Source: Phoronis australis (taxonomy: Eukaryota > Animalia > Phoronida). From it: a stretch of 64,000 nucleotides of DNA. The position numbers were made by a program, and so were the translations under genes. Numbering within the stretch: position 1 is the stretch's first letter; every line of letters starts with the position of its first letter. The DNA is taken from NCBI GenBank assembly GCA_002633005.1, contig NMRA01000242.1, forward strand, positions 1-64,000, in the 5' to 3' direction. Shown one piece after another: positions 1-13,914 of the stretch. Under the pieces are notes generated by a model. It made no database searches and had not been told where the DNA came from. It saw only the letters and a list, made by a program, of their open reading frames with translations.

Positions 1-624
1 AATATTATGCTTCAAAATTCTCCCGATAGCCTTACTGCTTGGGTAACAGAAACTAATCCACCATGACAAGCACTTCAAGATATGGACTTAACGCATGTTA
101 GTTAAGTTGAACATAACTGAATTTAATATACATTCTTTAGTTTAAATTTATTTTTCATTTTTGTTACACACCACCACCTATAGCTGCTGACTCATTATGG
201 GCACTCACTCAATTGCCCAATATGTAATGTGCTTCAGCGAACCCCACCCNCCCCCCCACTTATTAAAATATCTATTCTTAAAATTTAAAGTAAAAATAAG
301 CAAAACACTGACAGGGCTGAAAGTTACAAAATATTTGTATTTCAATATTTTCTTTTAATCGACGAAACCCATCCTGTGTTCTTAATTGGTGAATGTAAAG
401 GGAATAGTGTTTTTACCAAAACTTGGCTGAAACAATAATGAAATTTCACTTGTCTCAAGAGAAGAAATCATTTATAAACTGAATAAGGAACGACATCAGA
501 CCGACACAACTGATCTAAATCAAAAGTTTTTTGACAATGCGAGCGGGTTCAACGCACCTTTAAATTTTCATACAAAAGACGGTTTTCGTGAAATGGAACC
601 TTTGACACTACGTGACAAGTGGGA

Positions 625-700
625 AAGTGGTGACAATATATTGTCGGCAAGTGGTGACAATATATTGTCGCCAAGTGGTGACAATATATTGTTACCACTT
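625..700. repeat. 24-bp tandem repeat x3 with palindromic units
   Basis: aagtggtgacaatatattgtcggc / ...gtcgcc / ...gttaccactt. Confidence 0.85.
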
Positions 701-3700
701 TGAATTTGTAACAAATGAAAATGAACTTGGAGCATATTACACAAACTGTCTAAAATAAAAGTTTGATTGCTACAAACCATCAACAGTGTCTAAACTGATG
801 GGTATGCTGTAGGACTTGGCTCTTGTTTCAGCTAACCATCTTCTGTCACCGTCACTCACATTCACAAACTCTGGTTGTTTACCCTGCCAATACAACACAA
901 CACGGCCCTTAAAGCATCTCTTTTTCATACGATCATTGAATAATATTTTTAGATATACCAAGCACTGTTGGGATCATGTAACTATTGCTTTGGGACATCT
1001 ACTTCACATAACGGCGAGTGCCAAATGTTTGAATTCATTGCTACGGTCTAAAATCAGGTTGTGAAATAGGATATATTCTAAGTTTACACTTCTTCTTGTT
1101 GTCTATTACTCTGTAGTAGGAATGGACCGCTCATGGATGTTATTTTTAAAGTGACATTACCAGCAAAAAAGTCACGTGGTTTTCTGTGATAGCCCCAAAT
1201 CAAACTCACACCATCAGTGGCCACAGGCCAATGAATTGCTGGCACAACTAACTACACTTGGAAAATGTGACTGAGAGTATTTAAAGCTTATTGTACTTAG
1301 CATAGTCACAGGCATTGACTTCACCAGCGAATGTCTGGTAGACAATGACGGGAATTAGTGATTTGAAATAAAATCTCAAATTAAATAACCAATTTTGCTG
1401 TTTTATAGCTCTGATTGAAGCTACTAACTTTAAGAAGAATCTAACAACAGTCCAAAAAAATGAGATTTTTGCTTGTAAATTGATACCACTTTATTCACAT
1501 TTTATCTTACTTTGAAGTTTTTGCCATTTCTAACCTATCGAACTTTAATTCTTGCTAAACCAGTGGCTTATTTTTTACATTTTACACTTAATTCACCAAT
1601 TAAAACAAAATACTGATTAAAAAATCACCATCTAGATCCTTTGCACAATTAAAGTACAATATGATCGACCCACTTCTTGCTCTCTGAAATAGGTTATGGT
1701 AAAAATTCTTCAATTTGGGACAAAAAAATTGCTACAATTGCCATATTTCAAATTTTCACAGGCTTATCACATTGTAGCAAACGATAAAAATTTTACTAAA
1801 CGTTGTTTCAATAGGTAGTATCTACGTCATATAAATTGCGCTGACACCACAAACACAATGAATTTTCACGAACATTTTTTTGTTGAGAAATTTGACAAAA
1901 TGTAATTTCACCCGTCCACCATAACGTGCCCTAAACTGAAGACTGTTTAACACTACTTACAACATACCTCAGGACTTGCCAACTGACAAAGTATTCCTGA
2001 ATCTCTGTGTAGTAACGTAAAGGCTTGAATGAATGACGGCGCAGAAACACCTGAAGAATAGAGTCAAAATAAAATTTGTACAGCAAAGTAAAGTTTGACA
2101 CAGGAATCATTTCAAAATTCACTACTGTGCCTAACAATTACCTTTTATGGCCGATGAATCTACCTTGAATTGAAAACTAGAAATAAACCGAGTACATGTT
2201 TGTATTGTAGGAATTCTTTTAAGCACGGAAAAAATGCAATGGGACTTTTTCTTTGGAAACATGTCGTCAGGGAGCTCGATTGTAGAGCTCTACGTCACAA
2301 ACTAGTTGCAAATGCTCCAGGACAATTCCGTGAAAAGGTCAACCTCGAGACAAAAAATTAAAATTGTGGCTACACTAACATTTGTGCTCTGATCAAAAAG
2401 CCAATTCTTTCTAGATTCAGGACTATATTTGATTGTCCTATAACTTTCAATGTTTTGCGCAAATGGATCCATTTTTGAGGGTCACTTGACCCTAAAAATT
2501 AGCTCGATTGTCATATGTGTTGCTAATTATTGTCATAAAAAGCTAATTATGGGTATTTCAATATACTATCAAATTTGTGCAATCACATGAGCCCCAAATT
2601 TTATTTAAAAAAACATTTCAACTCCGGCACACCATCCACCACTTGGGGTCAAAGGTCAACTCTTGGATATCATCGTGCCACATGTCCGTCACAAAAAAGT
2701 GTTAAAAAGTTTCATTACATTAAGTTTTCAATCAAGTCAGAAATTGCATGACAAACGAACAGCAAATTTGTATGTCTGTCAAGTGCATCCGTCACACCCA
2801 TGAAATTACAGTTTTTCAGCCAATAAAAATAACCTTAGGTCATATTTTTACTTTCTAAACTTTCAGAAAATGAAATATATCTCGCACCTAAGAACCTTGA
2901 AATGACAAAATAACACAACGGCAGCTTTAAAATTATGCATTGGATTTTTTCAATTTCAAAACTATTTGCAGAAAAATTATAGTTTACAATGTCATCTAGT
3001 TATTCTTTTTATTTCAAAATGTTCTTGATTGTACGTCCATCACAAATGGAATTGCCCTCCAATTTTTGCTATCCAACCAATAAACTTTTCAAGCCCGGAC
3101 CAGAACATACATGAACATCTCAAATTTGTTCATCAAATGGTCTGGAGAAGCGATACTTATTGATGCTACCCTCTGGGGCAGCAGCACAGGTAAAGCACTG
3201 TTTTGTACTGTTTCATCAGTGATTTGCGAGTACAATCTGATTAAGCCTATCAAAGATGCTTGCCCAGTGGCAAATTGCCTCGGAGATGAACAGTTTGGAC
3301 AGTTGATTGTCATGCTGGGAAACCCCGGTTCAAGTGTTTTCTTATTTTGGACTTGGACTTCCAGGGTAACTAGTCTGCGTATAGTGGCTTAGCATTTTGA
3401 GGGAGGGTTGTAAGTCATCAGTGTCTTCCACATGCAATAGGCTTTTTCAAATTGATATGCAAGGCTAGTGAAAGCATGTTCTTTGAGAATCCTGCTCTTA
3501 GTTGGATAATTATCCCAGTCGGCCTGAGTAAGTAAACACAGTTTAAGGGTTTATGGTAATGGCTGAGAAGGCAATTATTTTATTACCCGCTACAGATACT
3601 GAATAGCCCAGCCCGGAATGAATATTGGTGCCAAATTAACAAAAACCCTGACTAAGATGTATACAGTTGCTCTAACTGCCAGATGGAGAAGGTGCTAGCC

Positions 3701-4919
3701 TCATTGTGGTGGATTCAGAATACAAGGAGAGCATCAGTGATACCACCACTGAATGAGAGCAATTATTACAGGACGTCGCGGGCCATGGCCAGGTGAGAGC
3801 TGCTGAGGGCAAATTCCAGGTGAGCATACTGCAAGTCACTAGGCTTGGCCGCCTAGAATATTCCCTATGCAATAGATGGCAAGCAGTGTTGTGTTTTATC
3901 ACATGACTTCCGTGCATAACGTACAGTCTGCTAAATCCTGTCCAAGTCATTTGCCAAGCGGAAACTGACACTTGGCAGAAGGATTTGGACCCTTTCGTTT
4001 TGGACGCTCGACTTTCACAACCTGGTTCAACAGTGCACAACAACACAAGTCGCTGTGAAAGAATTTTTCAACAGTTCCCGACGTTGCAGTGTCAAATGCA
4101 CAGCTGATAAATTCACGAATACTTAGAATTTACCTCTGTCAGAGCCGGATAACAAAATTAAACAATTCAGTGATTTTGAGGAAGTCATGTTTCAGTACTC
4201 ATGACTTTCACCAGGTAGCGCTAGCGCATATAGGGCTAATGTTATTGTGCAATTTCAGGGGTAGAGGTCAATTAAATGTTTTAGGAGAGTTTCATATAAC
4301 TCAATCGCAACAAAAAATGCACGCTAAATTTTTTTCTCTGGATTTCTTTAAATTACTCTTTTGTTGTTCGAATGTGTTCTTCTATCATATCAACACTCGG
4401 TTCTTGTTTCCGGAATGTAGAATGTAGCAGAAGATCGCTGTCTGTTTTTAAGTGAGCTTTTTGGTCAGTACAATCTTCAAATTGGTATTCTCTAAACACT
4501 GGTCACTACACTGGCCAATTACGCTACCGTTTTAGCCTGACAGACGACCTGTGAACGAAACTTTTTTTTTCTCCGGCACTCGCTTGTAGCCTTGTCTATT
4601 GAGTATTGTACTGTTGTGCGCGTTATGTAGATCTGCGCGTTTTAGGGATGACGTAAGCAAAATGTGTGATCGTGACGTCATCCGCAANAGCAGTGGGCGG
4701 TTAAATCGAAAATCCACCTAAAGTAGGGGGTGGGCGGTTAACTGAGCATGGGCGTTAACCCGAACGTTTACGGTAAATTAAAATCAAATTTTAACATATG
4801 ATAATGCCACGTATACTTTTATTTTCAATAAATAATTACATTTTTGAAAAATAGATAGACCGCGAAAAAGTCACCCTTCAGACTTGAGAGCGGCAATCCT
4901 GAAGACCGTATTTCTCTTC

Positions 4920-5673
4920 TTTTGGGAGTCGCCACCGGGAGCCGGGAATTCATAAGAATGTCCTTTGGAATTCCCCCTGAATAAATACCAGGCCTTTTAA
5001 ACTGCTGTGTAGTGTAGAAAATATGTTGTCAATCATTCACTTTTTAGCTTTTGCGCTTAACTGTATGACTTACATCCGCTGGCGAACGCGGTGCTTCCAG
5101 CTGTACATGGGAAAACGCCGGCAAAAATCAAACGTCATCCCTCGTTCACTGTCTCGCAGGCCAGAAAACATAATTTCCCATGACGGAACCCATCCCCGCA
5201 CTCTTTTCGTTTCATATTATTGCTTTGATTCTTCCTGAACTCGTTTTTAGCAACTAAACCAACGCCGTCCAGGCCTGGACGGCTTCCATGTTTAGACGTT
5301 TTGCCAGAGTGCAGACGATCAGTAGTATCACGTGACAACTTATTCAGAAACTGCAGGGCACGTTCAGTGAATCGAAAGGATTTGACCGCGAGCGTCATCT
5401 GTGCACGCTGCAACACACTCGTTCTATTTTCCTTTCGGTGCTCATTCGAAGACGGGAGTTTCTTTGACGGCCACAGGGGCTTTTTCGACGGTTTTTAGGC
5501 TTGTGCCGGGGTTCGTTACTTAGGAGCAAATGTCGAGCAGACAATCTTAGGATCTACTTGCCTATGCTAGCTTTTTAACTTGCCCATCGGGCAAGTACTT
5601 TTCAAATTCCACTTGCCCGATGCAAAATCTACATGTACACGGGCAATCGGGCAACCGTTAGTGTTGAGCCCTG
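4920..5673. mobile_element. Second, 5'-truncated copy of the element at 7528-8466
   Basis: High identity to 7633-8466, ending ...gcaaccgttagtgttgagccctg. Confidence 0.65.
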
Positions 5674-5991
5674 TGACACTCTCGACTTGCAATTGAATCT
5701 ATAAGCGAAACTTCGCTGAAAATTGTAGGATTTAAAAGCGAAGTTTCGGTACTTACCGAAACTTCAGCGTAGTGGGAACACTCAAAGCAAAGCTTCGTCT
5801 AAATTATCGGTAGAGGTCGCAGCAATGATGTACGATCATGCAAGACTCGAAAAACGTGTTCTTTGTTATTGTACCGTAGCTGACGTGCTCTCAATAGACG
5901 CACATAAATAAATAAAAGAAAGTATGTCTGATGAAAAATGACTGTGATCATTTTCATAAACACTCGTAAATGGCAGGAGAACAAATTTCAT

Positions 5992-6515
5992 TTAGCTTTG
6001 AAACCACTACTCAATGTTTGTTTGAGAGTACGAATGAACTGTGTCATCTGGTGTCTTCTTCTATAATGTTGTCTAGTCCAAAAAGTAAGCGAAGTTCCGG
6101 CGAAGCATCGGTAAACCGTAGTTCCCCTAATGGGAAAGTGCCTTTAGAAAACAACACGCCGTTTGTGGTCTTATTTCCATTTCATNNNNNNNNNNNNNNN
6201 NNNNNNNNNNNNNNNNNNNNNNNNNNNNNNNNNNNNNNNNNNNNNNNNNNNNNNNNNNNNNNNNNNNNNNNNNNNNNNNNNNNNNNNNNNNNNNNNNNNN
6301 NNNNNNNNNNNNNNNNNNNNNTTAGCTTTGAAACCACTACTCAATGTTTGTTTGAGAGTACGAATGAACTGTGTCATCTGGTGTCTTCTTCTATAATGTT
6401 GTCTAGTCCAAAAAGTAAGCGAAGTTCCGGCGAAGCATCGGTAAACCGTAGTTCCCCTAATGGGAAAGTGCCTTTAGAAAACAACACGCCGTTTGTGGTC
6501 TTATTTCCATTTCAT
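5992..6515. other. Exact 194-bp duplication flanking an N-gap (probable assembly overlap artefact)
   Basis: 5992-6185 identical to 6322-6515 on either side of the gap. Confidence 0.8.
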
Positions 6516-7527
6516 GGGCATTACATTAACGTTGACCTTAAACAATTGGCTAGGGGTTTCCCCTATCTGAGTTACGGCTGGGGTGCGCTGACCACATGAG
6601 CATTTCATTGATGTTGACCTAAAAAATTGGGCAGGGGCTCCGCTCTATCCCGGGGTTAGGGCAGGATACGCCGACCACATAATAGGCATTTATTTCATTG
6701 ATGCTCTTGATTTGAGCTGACTGATTCGACATGCGAGTACGTTTCCCAAAATTGATTTTTATTGTCAAATTGCCAAAGCACTCGCCAAATTGGCGAGTGG
6801 ACGTAGCTCTACCATCACTAGTGTTGCTCAGAATTCGCCATTGGCTAGCGCAAGCCTAGTAAGTATCGGACAGACCTAAATATTGGACGGACCTAAATAT
6901 CGGATGTTGTATAGAATTTTACCTGAAGCAAATTCTGAGATAGCAATTGATTGGATTTCCAAGATTTGAGAACCTGCTTGGAACATTGTAGTCATTGTAA
7001 TAGTCTGGTGTAGCAGAATGGCACGACCTGTCATTCGTAACTCATTATGTTGCACATATAGCCATAATAGCGGGTGTGCGCTGATCGACATTCTGATTTG
7101 ATAATAATGCTACTTTTTAGATCAGGTAAAAAATAAACATGTTTTTGTCTCCGCCTTTGCCTAAAATAAGCCACACTAAATTTAAAGAAACTTTGATCTG
7201 TAAGCATCAGTAAAAAAGTGTTTGGATGACGTGGAAGTAATTACACAGAGTACCAAAGTTCATGTGTCACCAGATGGTGCTGCTCCAGAGAGCACTTTCT
7301 AGGTAAATATGGGAACTGCAATTCACATCGTCTGCACTGCCACGGGTCTCTTGTGGATTGACAAGTACAATTGAAGGATATGATACGTAAATACTTCAAA
7401 TAACAATTCAGGATCATGTTTGATTGCTTGCAATGAGGCTAATGTCCAAGTATACGGTAGTCTTTCAGCGGGCTTATGGCAGACTTCACAATGAGTGTTT
7501 GTGACACCACTTCTGGTGACATAAGAT

Positions 7528-8466
7528 CAGGGCTTGGAAGTTTCCGCGGAAAGGCGGATTTCCGCTTTTTTCAAATGTGCTTTCCGCTTTTTTATAATAT
7601 TTCCGCGTAAAAAAATCGGATTTGATATATTTCTTTCGGGAGTCGCCACCGGGAGCCGGGAATTCATAAGAATGTCCTTTGGAATTCCCCCTGAATAAAT
7701 ACCAGGCCTTTTAAACTGCTGTGTAGTGTAGAAAATATGTCATCAATCATTCACTTTTTAGCTTTTGCGCTTATCTGTATGACTTACATCCGTTGATGAA
7801 CGCGGTGCTTCCAGCATGGGTAAACGCCGGCAAAAATCAAACGTCATCCCGTGTTCACTGTCTCGCAGGCCAGAAAACCTAATTTCTCATGACGGAACCC
7901 ATCCTCGCACTCTTTTTGTTTCATATTATTGCTTTGATTCTTTCTGAACTCGTTTTTTAGCAACTAAACCAATGCTTCCATGTTTAGACGTTTTGCCAGA
8001 GTGCAGATGATCAGTAGTATCACGTGACAACTTATTCAGAAACTGCAGGGCACGTTCAGAGAATCGAAAGGATTTGACCGCGAGCGTCATCTGTGCACGC
8101 TGCATCACACTCGTTCTATTTTCCTTTCGGTGCTCATTCGAAGACGGGAGTTTTTTCGATGGTTTTTATAGGCTTGTGTCGGGGTTTTGTTACTTTGGAG
8201 CAAATNACTCGTTCTATTTTCCTTTCGGTGCTCATTCGAAGACGGTAGTTTCTTTGACGACCACAGGGGCTTTTTCGACGGTTTTTAGGCTTGTGTTGGG
8301 GTTCGTTACTTTGGAGCAAATGTCGAACAGACAATCTTAGGATCTACTTGCCTATGCGGCTAGCTTTTTAACTTGCCCATCGGGCAAGTACTTGTCAAAT
8401 TCCACTTGCCCGACGCAAAATCTACATGTACACGGGCAATCGGGCAACCGTTAGTGTTGAGCCCTG
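7528..8466. mobile_element. hAT-like non-autonomous element (CAGGGCT...AGCCCTG termini)
   Basis: Short TIR. 7633-8466 is a near-identical copy of 4920-5673, with an internal duplication around an N at 8206. No clear TSD. Confidence 0.6.
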
Positions 8467-8599
8467 GCGTATCAGGGGGCGGCAGCGGGGTTAACTGCCC
8501 TGCCCATTTTGGGGCAAAAATAGTGAAATATGGAGCCACATACTAAAACCACCGTATAGGCTGCAGTATTATCAAATTTGCAGAAGAAGATGATTAAGT

Positions 8600-9100
8600 G
8601 ATCCCTACCAACCACACGCTACTAAAGCTTAAAATAACTCATTAAATTAAAACGTGTGGTCGTATGGATCAATTTTATCAGCATAGACCACGCAGTTGAA
8701 CGTTGTCGTCGTGTATGAATTGTGTCTGCTGACCACACTGCTGACGGAAGGGGTGGTCGTATGAACGAAAAATTTCTCCAGACCACAAGCGCTCTCTAAG
8801 TCATTTAAAGCACGTGGTCGTATGGTGTCAGCTCAACCAAAAGCGTTCTGAGACCCTAGCAAAGTCACGTCGGGTCGGTACGGACAAAAATTAACAGCCC
8901 TGACCACGCTCTCTCGAGTTGCTTGAGGCGTGCAGTCGTATGGCCAAAAATTATTCGTCGGGACCACGCCTTCTCTAGGACACTAAAACGCGTGGTCGTA
9001 TGAACGAAAAATGTCAGTCCGACCACACTACCTCTTGACTAAATCAGAAAAGTTGTGTCAAAATTAGCTATAGTTTGGGAAGTCATATCCTCAGGACCAC
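8600..9100. repeat. Diverged ~60-bp tandem array with conserved inverted GTGGTC...GACCAC motifs
   Basis: GTGGTCGTATG at 8656, 8753, 8814, 8992; GACCAC at 8686, 8731, 8781, 8902, 8962, 9021, 9095. Confidence 0.75.
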
Positions 9101-11933
9101 TGACAAGAAGACTACGAAAGCGAGATATTTTCGAAGCATGGTAAAGTGCAAGTTTTCAAACGCATCTTATTTCTTGGCCCCTATCTCATTTGGGGACAAT
9201 GTTCTAGGTCAAAGTCACAGACTTTCCCAATTTTCCAACTTCGATCCACCATTGTGACGTTGTTATTGCTCACCGGACGTGACGACTTACTTTTTGGAGT
9301 CAGTAAGTAAATAGCTATCCAACAAAGAAAAAAGTTTTGAAATCAGGGTGAACAGATTTTAAGGCGCTAAAAGCTTGACTCGACAGACAGTGCGAGGAAC
9401 AGTTGCCTTAATGGATTGAAATTGCGTTCTAGAGACACGTGGTTAGAAAATGCGGATCGTTCTTAGACCAAAATCGTGAAAAAGGGCATATTTTCATCGA
9501 CCCTGGTACCCACATTATACTGCGTGCCGCCCCCTCCCCCCGCGCTGCACTCAGAGCACGACATGTCCTATTCCCAATGGATTGCAGGTGAAATGTTCAC
9601 ATATTATATGTGTCTGTCGTTCTCTGTGATATCTGCTAAACTCAATGCGCAATCTTAATGAGATGTGCCGGATGTTCCTCAGATGCTGCCGAACGATTTC
9701 AAAGAGTTTCTGACCAATCTGACTATGGCCGTGCCCTTTTCTGAATAATTGTTCAGTTTTTCACATTTTCCGGTGTGCTGTGAGTTCCTTGATGGATTCC
9801 CATGATCCTTGGTCTATCAACGAGACATCATCCCATTTTAAACAGATTTGATATACTTTGCACCACCTCAAACCCCTGTTTATTCTTTTTATGCCATAGT
9901 GTTTGCTTGAACAGGCGCCCTCTAATGGCAATTAGTTTGTTACTAATAAACACCACCATAATACAACATATTATACCTTTTCAGTTGTTTATAGTGTGTC
10001 AAGATGATGGCAACATGTCCAATTACTGGGTGCAGATTTGAAACTCAAGATATATGATGTTGTCAGACGAGTGTATGAACAGTGCTTCAGGCCAGTTACA
10101 AGAGGGTGAAAAAGATTGTGGTAAGGGACTTGATGGGTGTACAGCACACACTTGCATGCAAATTGTGTCAAGGAGTGTTTGTGACAGTATTGTGAGTTTT
10201 TACTTATGGGTACTCATAATTGGTGGATTTAGCTCACATTTTCAAATAAGTGCCAAAGTTTATGTTGATGGCTTGGTGCTGGAACTTCGACTCGTAATAA
10301 AAACATTATCACGGGTTCAGCTCCCATTAGCTGTGAATGTGTGAGTATGGCTGCTAATCGGGATGACGATTTCCACAAACCAATATCTTCATCATCCTGG
10401 AATTTGGATTTGAAAACTGACTTTAGTGACAACACCTGTCAAAAAGTATAATCTTCTAGTAATTTTTATAATTTTGCAGGACTGCATGGATGTCCTTTGA
10501 TGCACACAGATGTTTCTATTTTAACTAAGACAGCAGCTCCTTAATTCTTGTCAATTTTGATGTGCCTGTTGGTAACGATAAACTTTTTTAAAAAGAGCTT
10601 GTACTTCTTGAAAATTGAAAACAAAAATCAATCTTCTATGGAAAACTTGGGAATAGTACTTGAATGTTTAAAAGCTCCCAAAACATGGACGTATGGTTGT
10701 ACAGTAGCCTAGACTCGGTGATTAAGGTCATCCACCTTGTTCTTTTGGAATATAGTATGAAGTGCCAAAGGGTTCTTAAATGGGTACCTTGTTGTGCTTA
10801 TTCAAAGCGCACTCTTGCTTAATAAATGCGTAATACTGTTTATTTGACGTGCTGAATTATTTGTTCTTTGTGTCCAATCAAACACAAGTTTAGAGTTAGT
10901 ATAAAGTTAATGGCACCACCATTTACATGCTTAATTGAACAATCTTCGAAACAGGCCTTGCATGCATGTAAAAAGTCTTCCGCCATCTTGAGATTTGAGA
11001 GCATGGAGATGATTGGGCTGCATGAACTATTTGAAAGTATGTGTCGAATAAGCAATAGTATGCATTGAATTCTGTGCAGAAAGGTTTTCTTTTAAGAACA
11101 ATCTCAGTGCCTTGGATAATTAACTCTTAGCATTGATTACGCAAAAGTAAGCATTGAATAAGCACATTTTAAAGATGCTATGTCTCATTAAATTGTGAAT
11201 ATGCAAATGAAGTACTCATTTACAAACTACCCCAGGTCTTTCAGTTTGCAAGAAACAATCCGAGAACTAGTTACCATTATAATCTCGCAAAAGTCTCATT
11301 TTGCAAGACTATTTTTATCTAAATCAGTATTGGTAAAACGTCATTGTTACCCAAATGAAACGAGGCATACTTTTTTATTATTGGTTGATTTGACTACCAA
11401 ATAACGATTGTGTAATATTTGGAATTACTACTAAGGGTTTTTTGCACTTGGTTTTAAGTGTATCAATTTTGTGTTTCTTTAAAACCACAATTTGTTTACA
11501 AATTGCTTCTTTTCCTGATTTTATATGTACACGCAGTTCTCTATGAAGTCACTAGGTGGTGCTTGATTCAAATTTAAATATTCGGGGTTTTTAACGTGAC
11601 ATAGCTTCTTTAATTTGCAGAAAGATATTCATTTAATAATCCTGTTGGTGGAAGAGCCTCAGCAATGCTAAAATGTCGTGAAATACTCTCTGCAGGATGA
11701 GCATTTAAATCATTACCACCTTCATGAAGGATGATCATATTCGGTTGGTACGATCACACCACATGCTGTTCATTGTCTCGCAGCAACTTCATGATCATGA
11801 AGTCACCTTTCCTGAACAAGTTGATATCAAGACTATCGTCACGTAAGTGAAATTTGTTGCTTAGCTGTTGTGAGCAATGTGGTTTTGCAGACTTCATATG
11901 CTTCTAAAAGTATACAAACACTCACGGAGCTAT

Positions 11934-13383
11934 AGACCTAATTCACGCCAACAGGAGGCGCGTTCTAAAACGGCATAGTTGTATTCCGCATTGCTGAAAA
12001 AATACGCACTCTCAATTGTCTGTTTTACAATCCCTAAGGAGATTAAGATTCGGAAGCATTGGGTTGTTACCATACACCGCGACAAAGGAAAATATATCCG
12101 TGTAAAATTTATAAATGTTTTCGAAAAGTTAGATCATATTTTAATTGTCGCATCTTGGTTGCCGAGCTTCAGAGCAACGACCGGAGAATCTTTGGTCGCA
12201 ACCAGGCTGTGTTTTCATGACTATGTGTTGAAACATGCATTTTTCTTTCCAAAAAGGACAGGGCCATCAATCCCTCGATTTTGGGGCCGAATATCGGCCC
12301 TATTCCACTCTCAAAAATATTGAAAAATCACGCGAAATTTGGAAATTCCCCCATGAGACCTAAAAATTCCCCTAGTGATTGAAAATTTCTCTCCGAAGTT
12401 CAAATCACCTGTAATCACACAGCTGACAAACAGCTGACAATTTGGAAGAACACAAAATGCTACAGAGCCTATGAGACCTTGCAAGAGGGCGGGGTTGCTA
12501 TTGATGGTGATCGGGAGGTAGATTTTTCCCCTCGCTCGGTGAAAAAATTCCCCTCTCAGAAGGCACAGACACCTTTCCCCTCGGATGAGCGAGGCCCATG
12601 AAGAAACATGATAACTATGCTTGCTCTGTCCAGTTAACTGAAACTGAGCTCTAAAACGAGGTTATGCGTTGGACAAACGAATAAGGTGTTTTAATTTTTG
12701 AAAATCAACTTGGTCCAGAAGATATTTGAAACCTAACACATGAAATAGACGTAAGAATAATTGATGGTCAAATAATTTTTATTTTCAATTACGAGCCTGG
12801 CTTTTTATTTTATTGAAAATATATTTAATAACATCAATTATTCTTTCAGATCAATGACAAATCAACTGTTAGTCCCTACCTCACCAGGACCTAAGCAATA
12901 TGCTCGATGTTAATATTCTTTATCAACAAATTCAACCAGATGTGACTAATTGCACACGGCAGCAAAATGCGATGAGCCACCACTGTCGAATATATCTTCA
13001 ACTCGTCAACAATACGAGCAGATGACCTGGTTCGCGTAGAAAGCATTTTTATCAACAATTTACAAGAAGAAACGTAACCCTGCATTCAGCATGATACCTA
13101 ATCCGTAACACTGTGATTGCCGCAATTTGGTCACATTTACTTTTCATGTTTCGAACCTTGTTTTCCGAAAAAAACTTTGGTCACACAACTCTTTGGTGCA
13201 ATGACTTATTCTCTAATGTAGTTTTCGACATCTCAGTGGTTAATGATCGACACATTCTAAAGATTTAATATCCAGCTTAGACTCTAAAGACCGGCAATGT
13301 AACTCACGCAATGTCATCTTCCACTTTGTTTATCGCAGTGAGCCTCCCTTTGGATTTTAATGTCCGCTGCGTGAATTAGGTCT
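11934..13383 (+). mobile_element. Non-autonomous TIR element with THAP remnant (ISL2EU-like)
   Basis: TIR AGACCTAATTCACGC / GCGTGAATTAGGTCT flanked by AT/AT; degenerate THAP motif near 11975-12100 (CIPHC...FTIPKEIKIRKHWVVTIHRDKG). Confidence 0.6.
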
Positions 13384-13914
13384 ATAAGTCCAGTTCCTAA
13401 CTTAGAATGATTATTCACCCGTTTTCGGCAATTTGACTTTATTTAGGAGGATGATCGAACAATTGTCCTCAGAATTACATGACATTCTGAAACAACGAAT
13501 TACATTTTTAGCTCAAATAGAAGACTGGATTACTCTTTTATCTCAGTTATTGTATTGTAATGAGTATTTGCTTAATATATTTAATAAATTGTGTTTTAAA
13601 CGAAAAATAAGAGCTTGACCGAACTTACAAGAATTCCCGGTTTTGAGAGTATAAAAGAAGAAAGAATTTACATCCAACATCACTATGCCTCTGCACGCTT
13701 CTGCTGCTGTATGACCGGCATATATAGCGCATACGATTGAGCCAGAGCCATGCGGATGGCAGCTCAATTGCCGACTAAATAGTACCCCTAACAAAATCGG
13801 CCAAAACTCTAATTCAAATCAAGCGAAAACGTTTTGTTATGTATGCATACAGTTTATCTACACTGAAAACTAAGATGTTAACAGGAAAGTGCAACATAAT
13901 ATCAATTATGTGCT

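Noticed and set aside
360-4090. Coding-like stretches at 360-1060 and 3090-4080 with Cys/His-rich short ORFs
   Set aside because: Multiple stops, no recognisable family motif, no consistent exon chain; probably decayed TE but unsupported
5970-6599. 209-aa ORF with an internal repeat
   Set aside because: Spans an N-gap with an exact flanking duplication; assembly artefact
9640-11100. Minus-strand coding-like debris with splice-like sites
   Set aside because: Stops in all frames and no domain I can name
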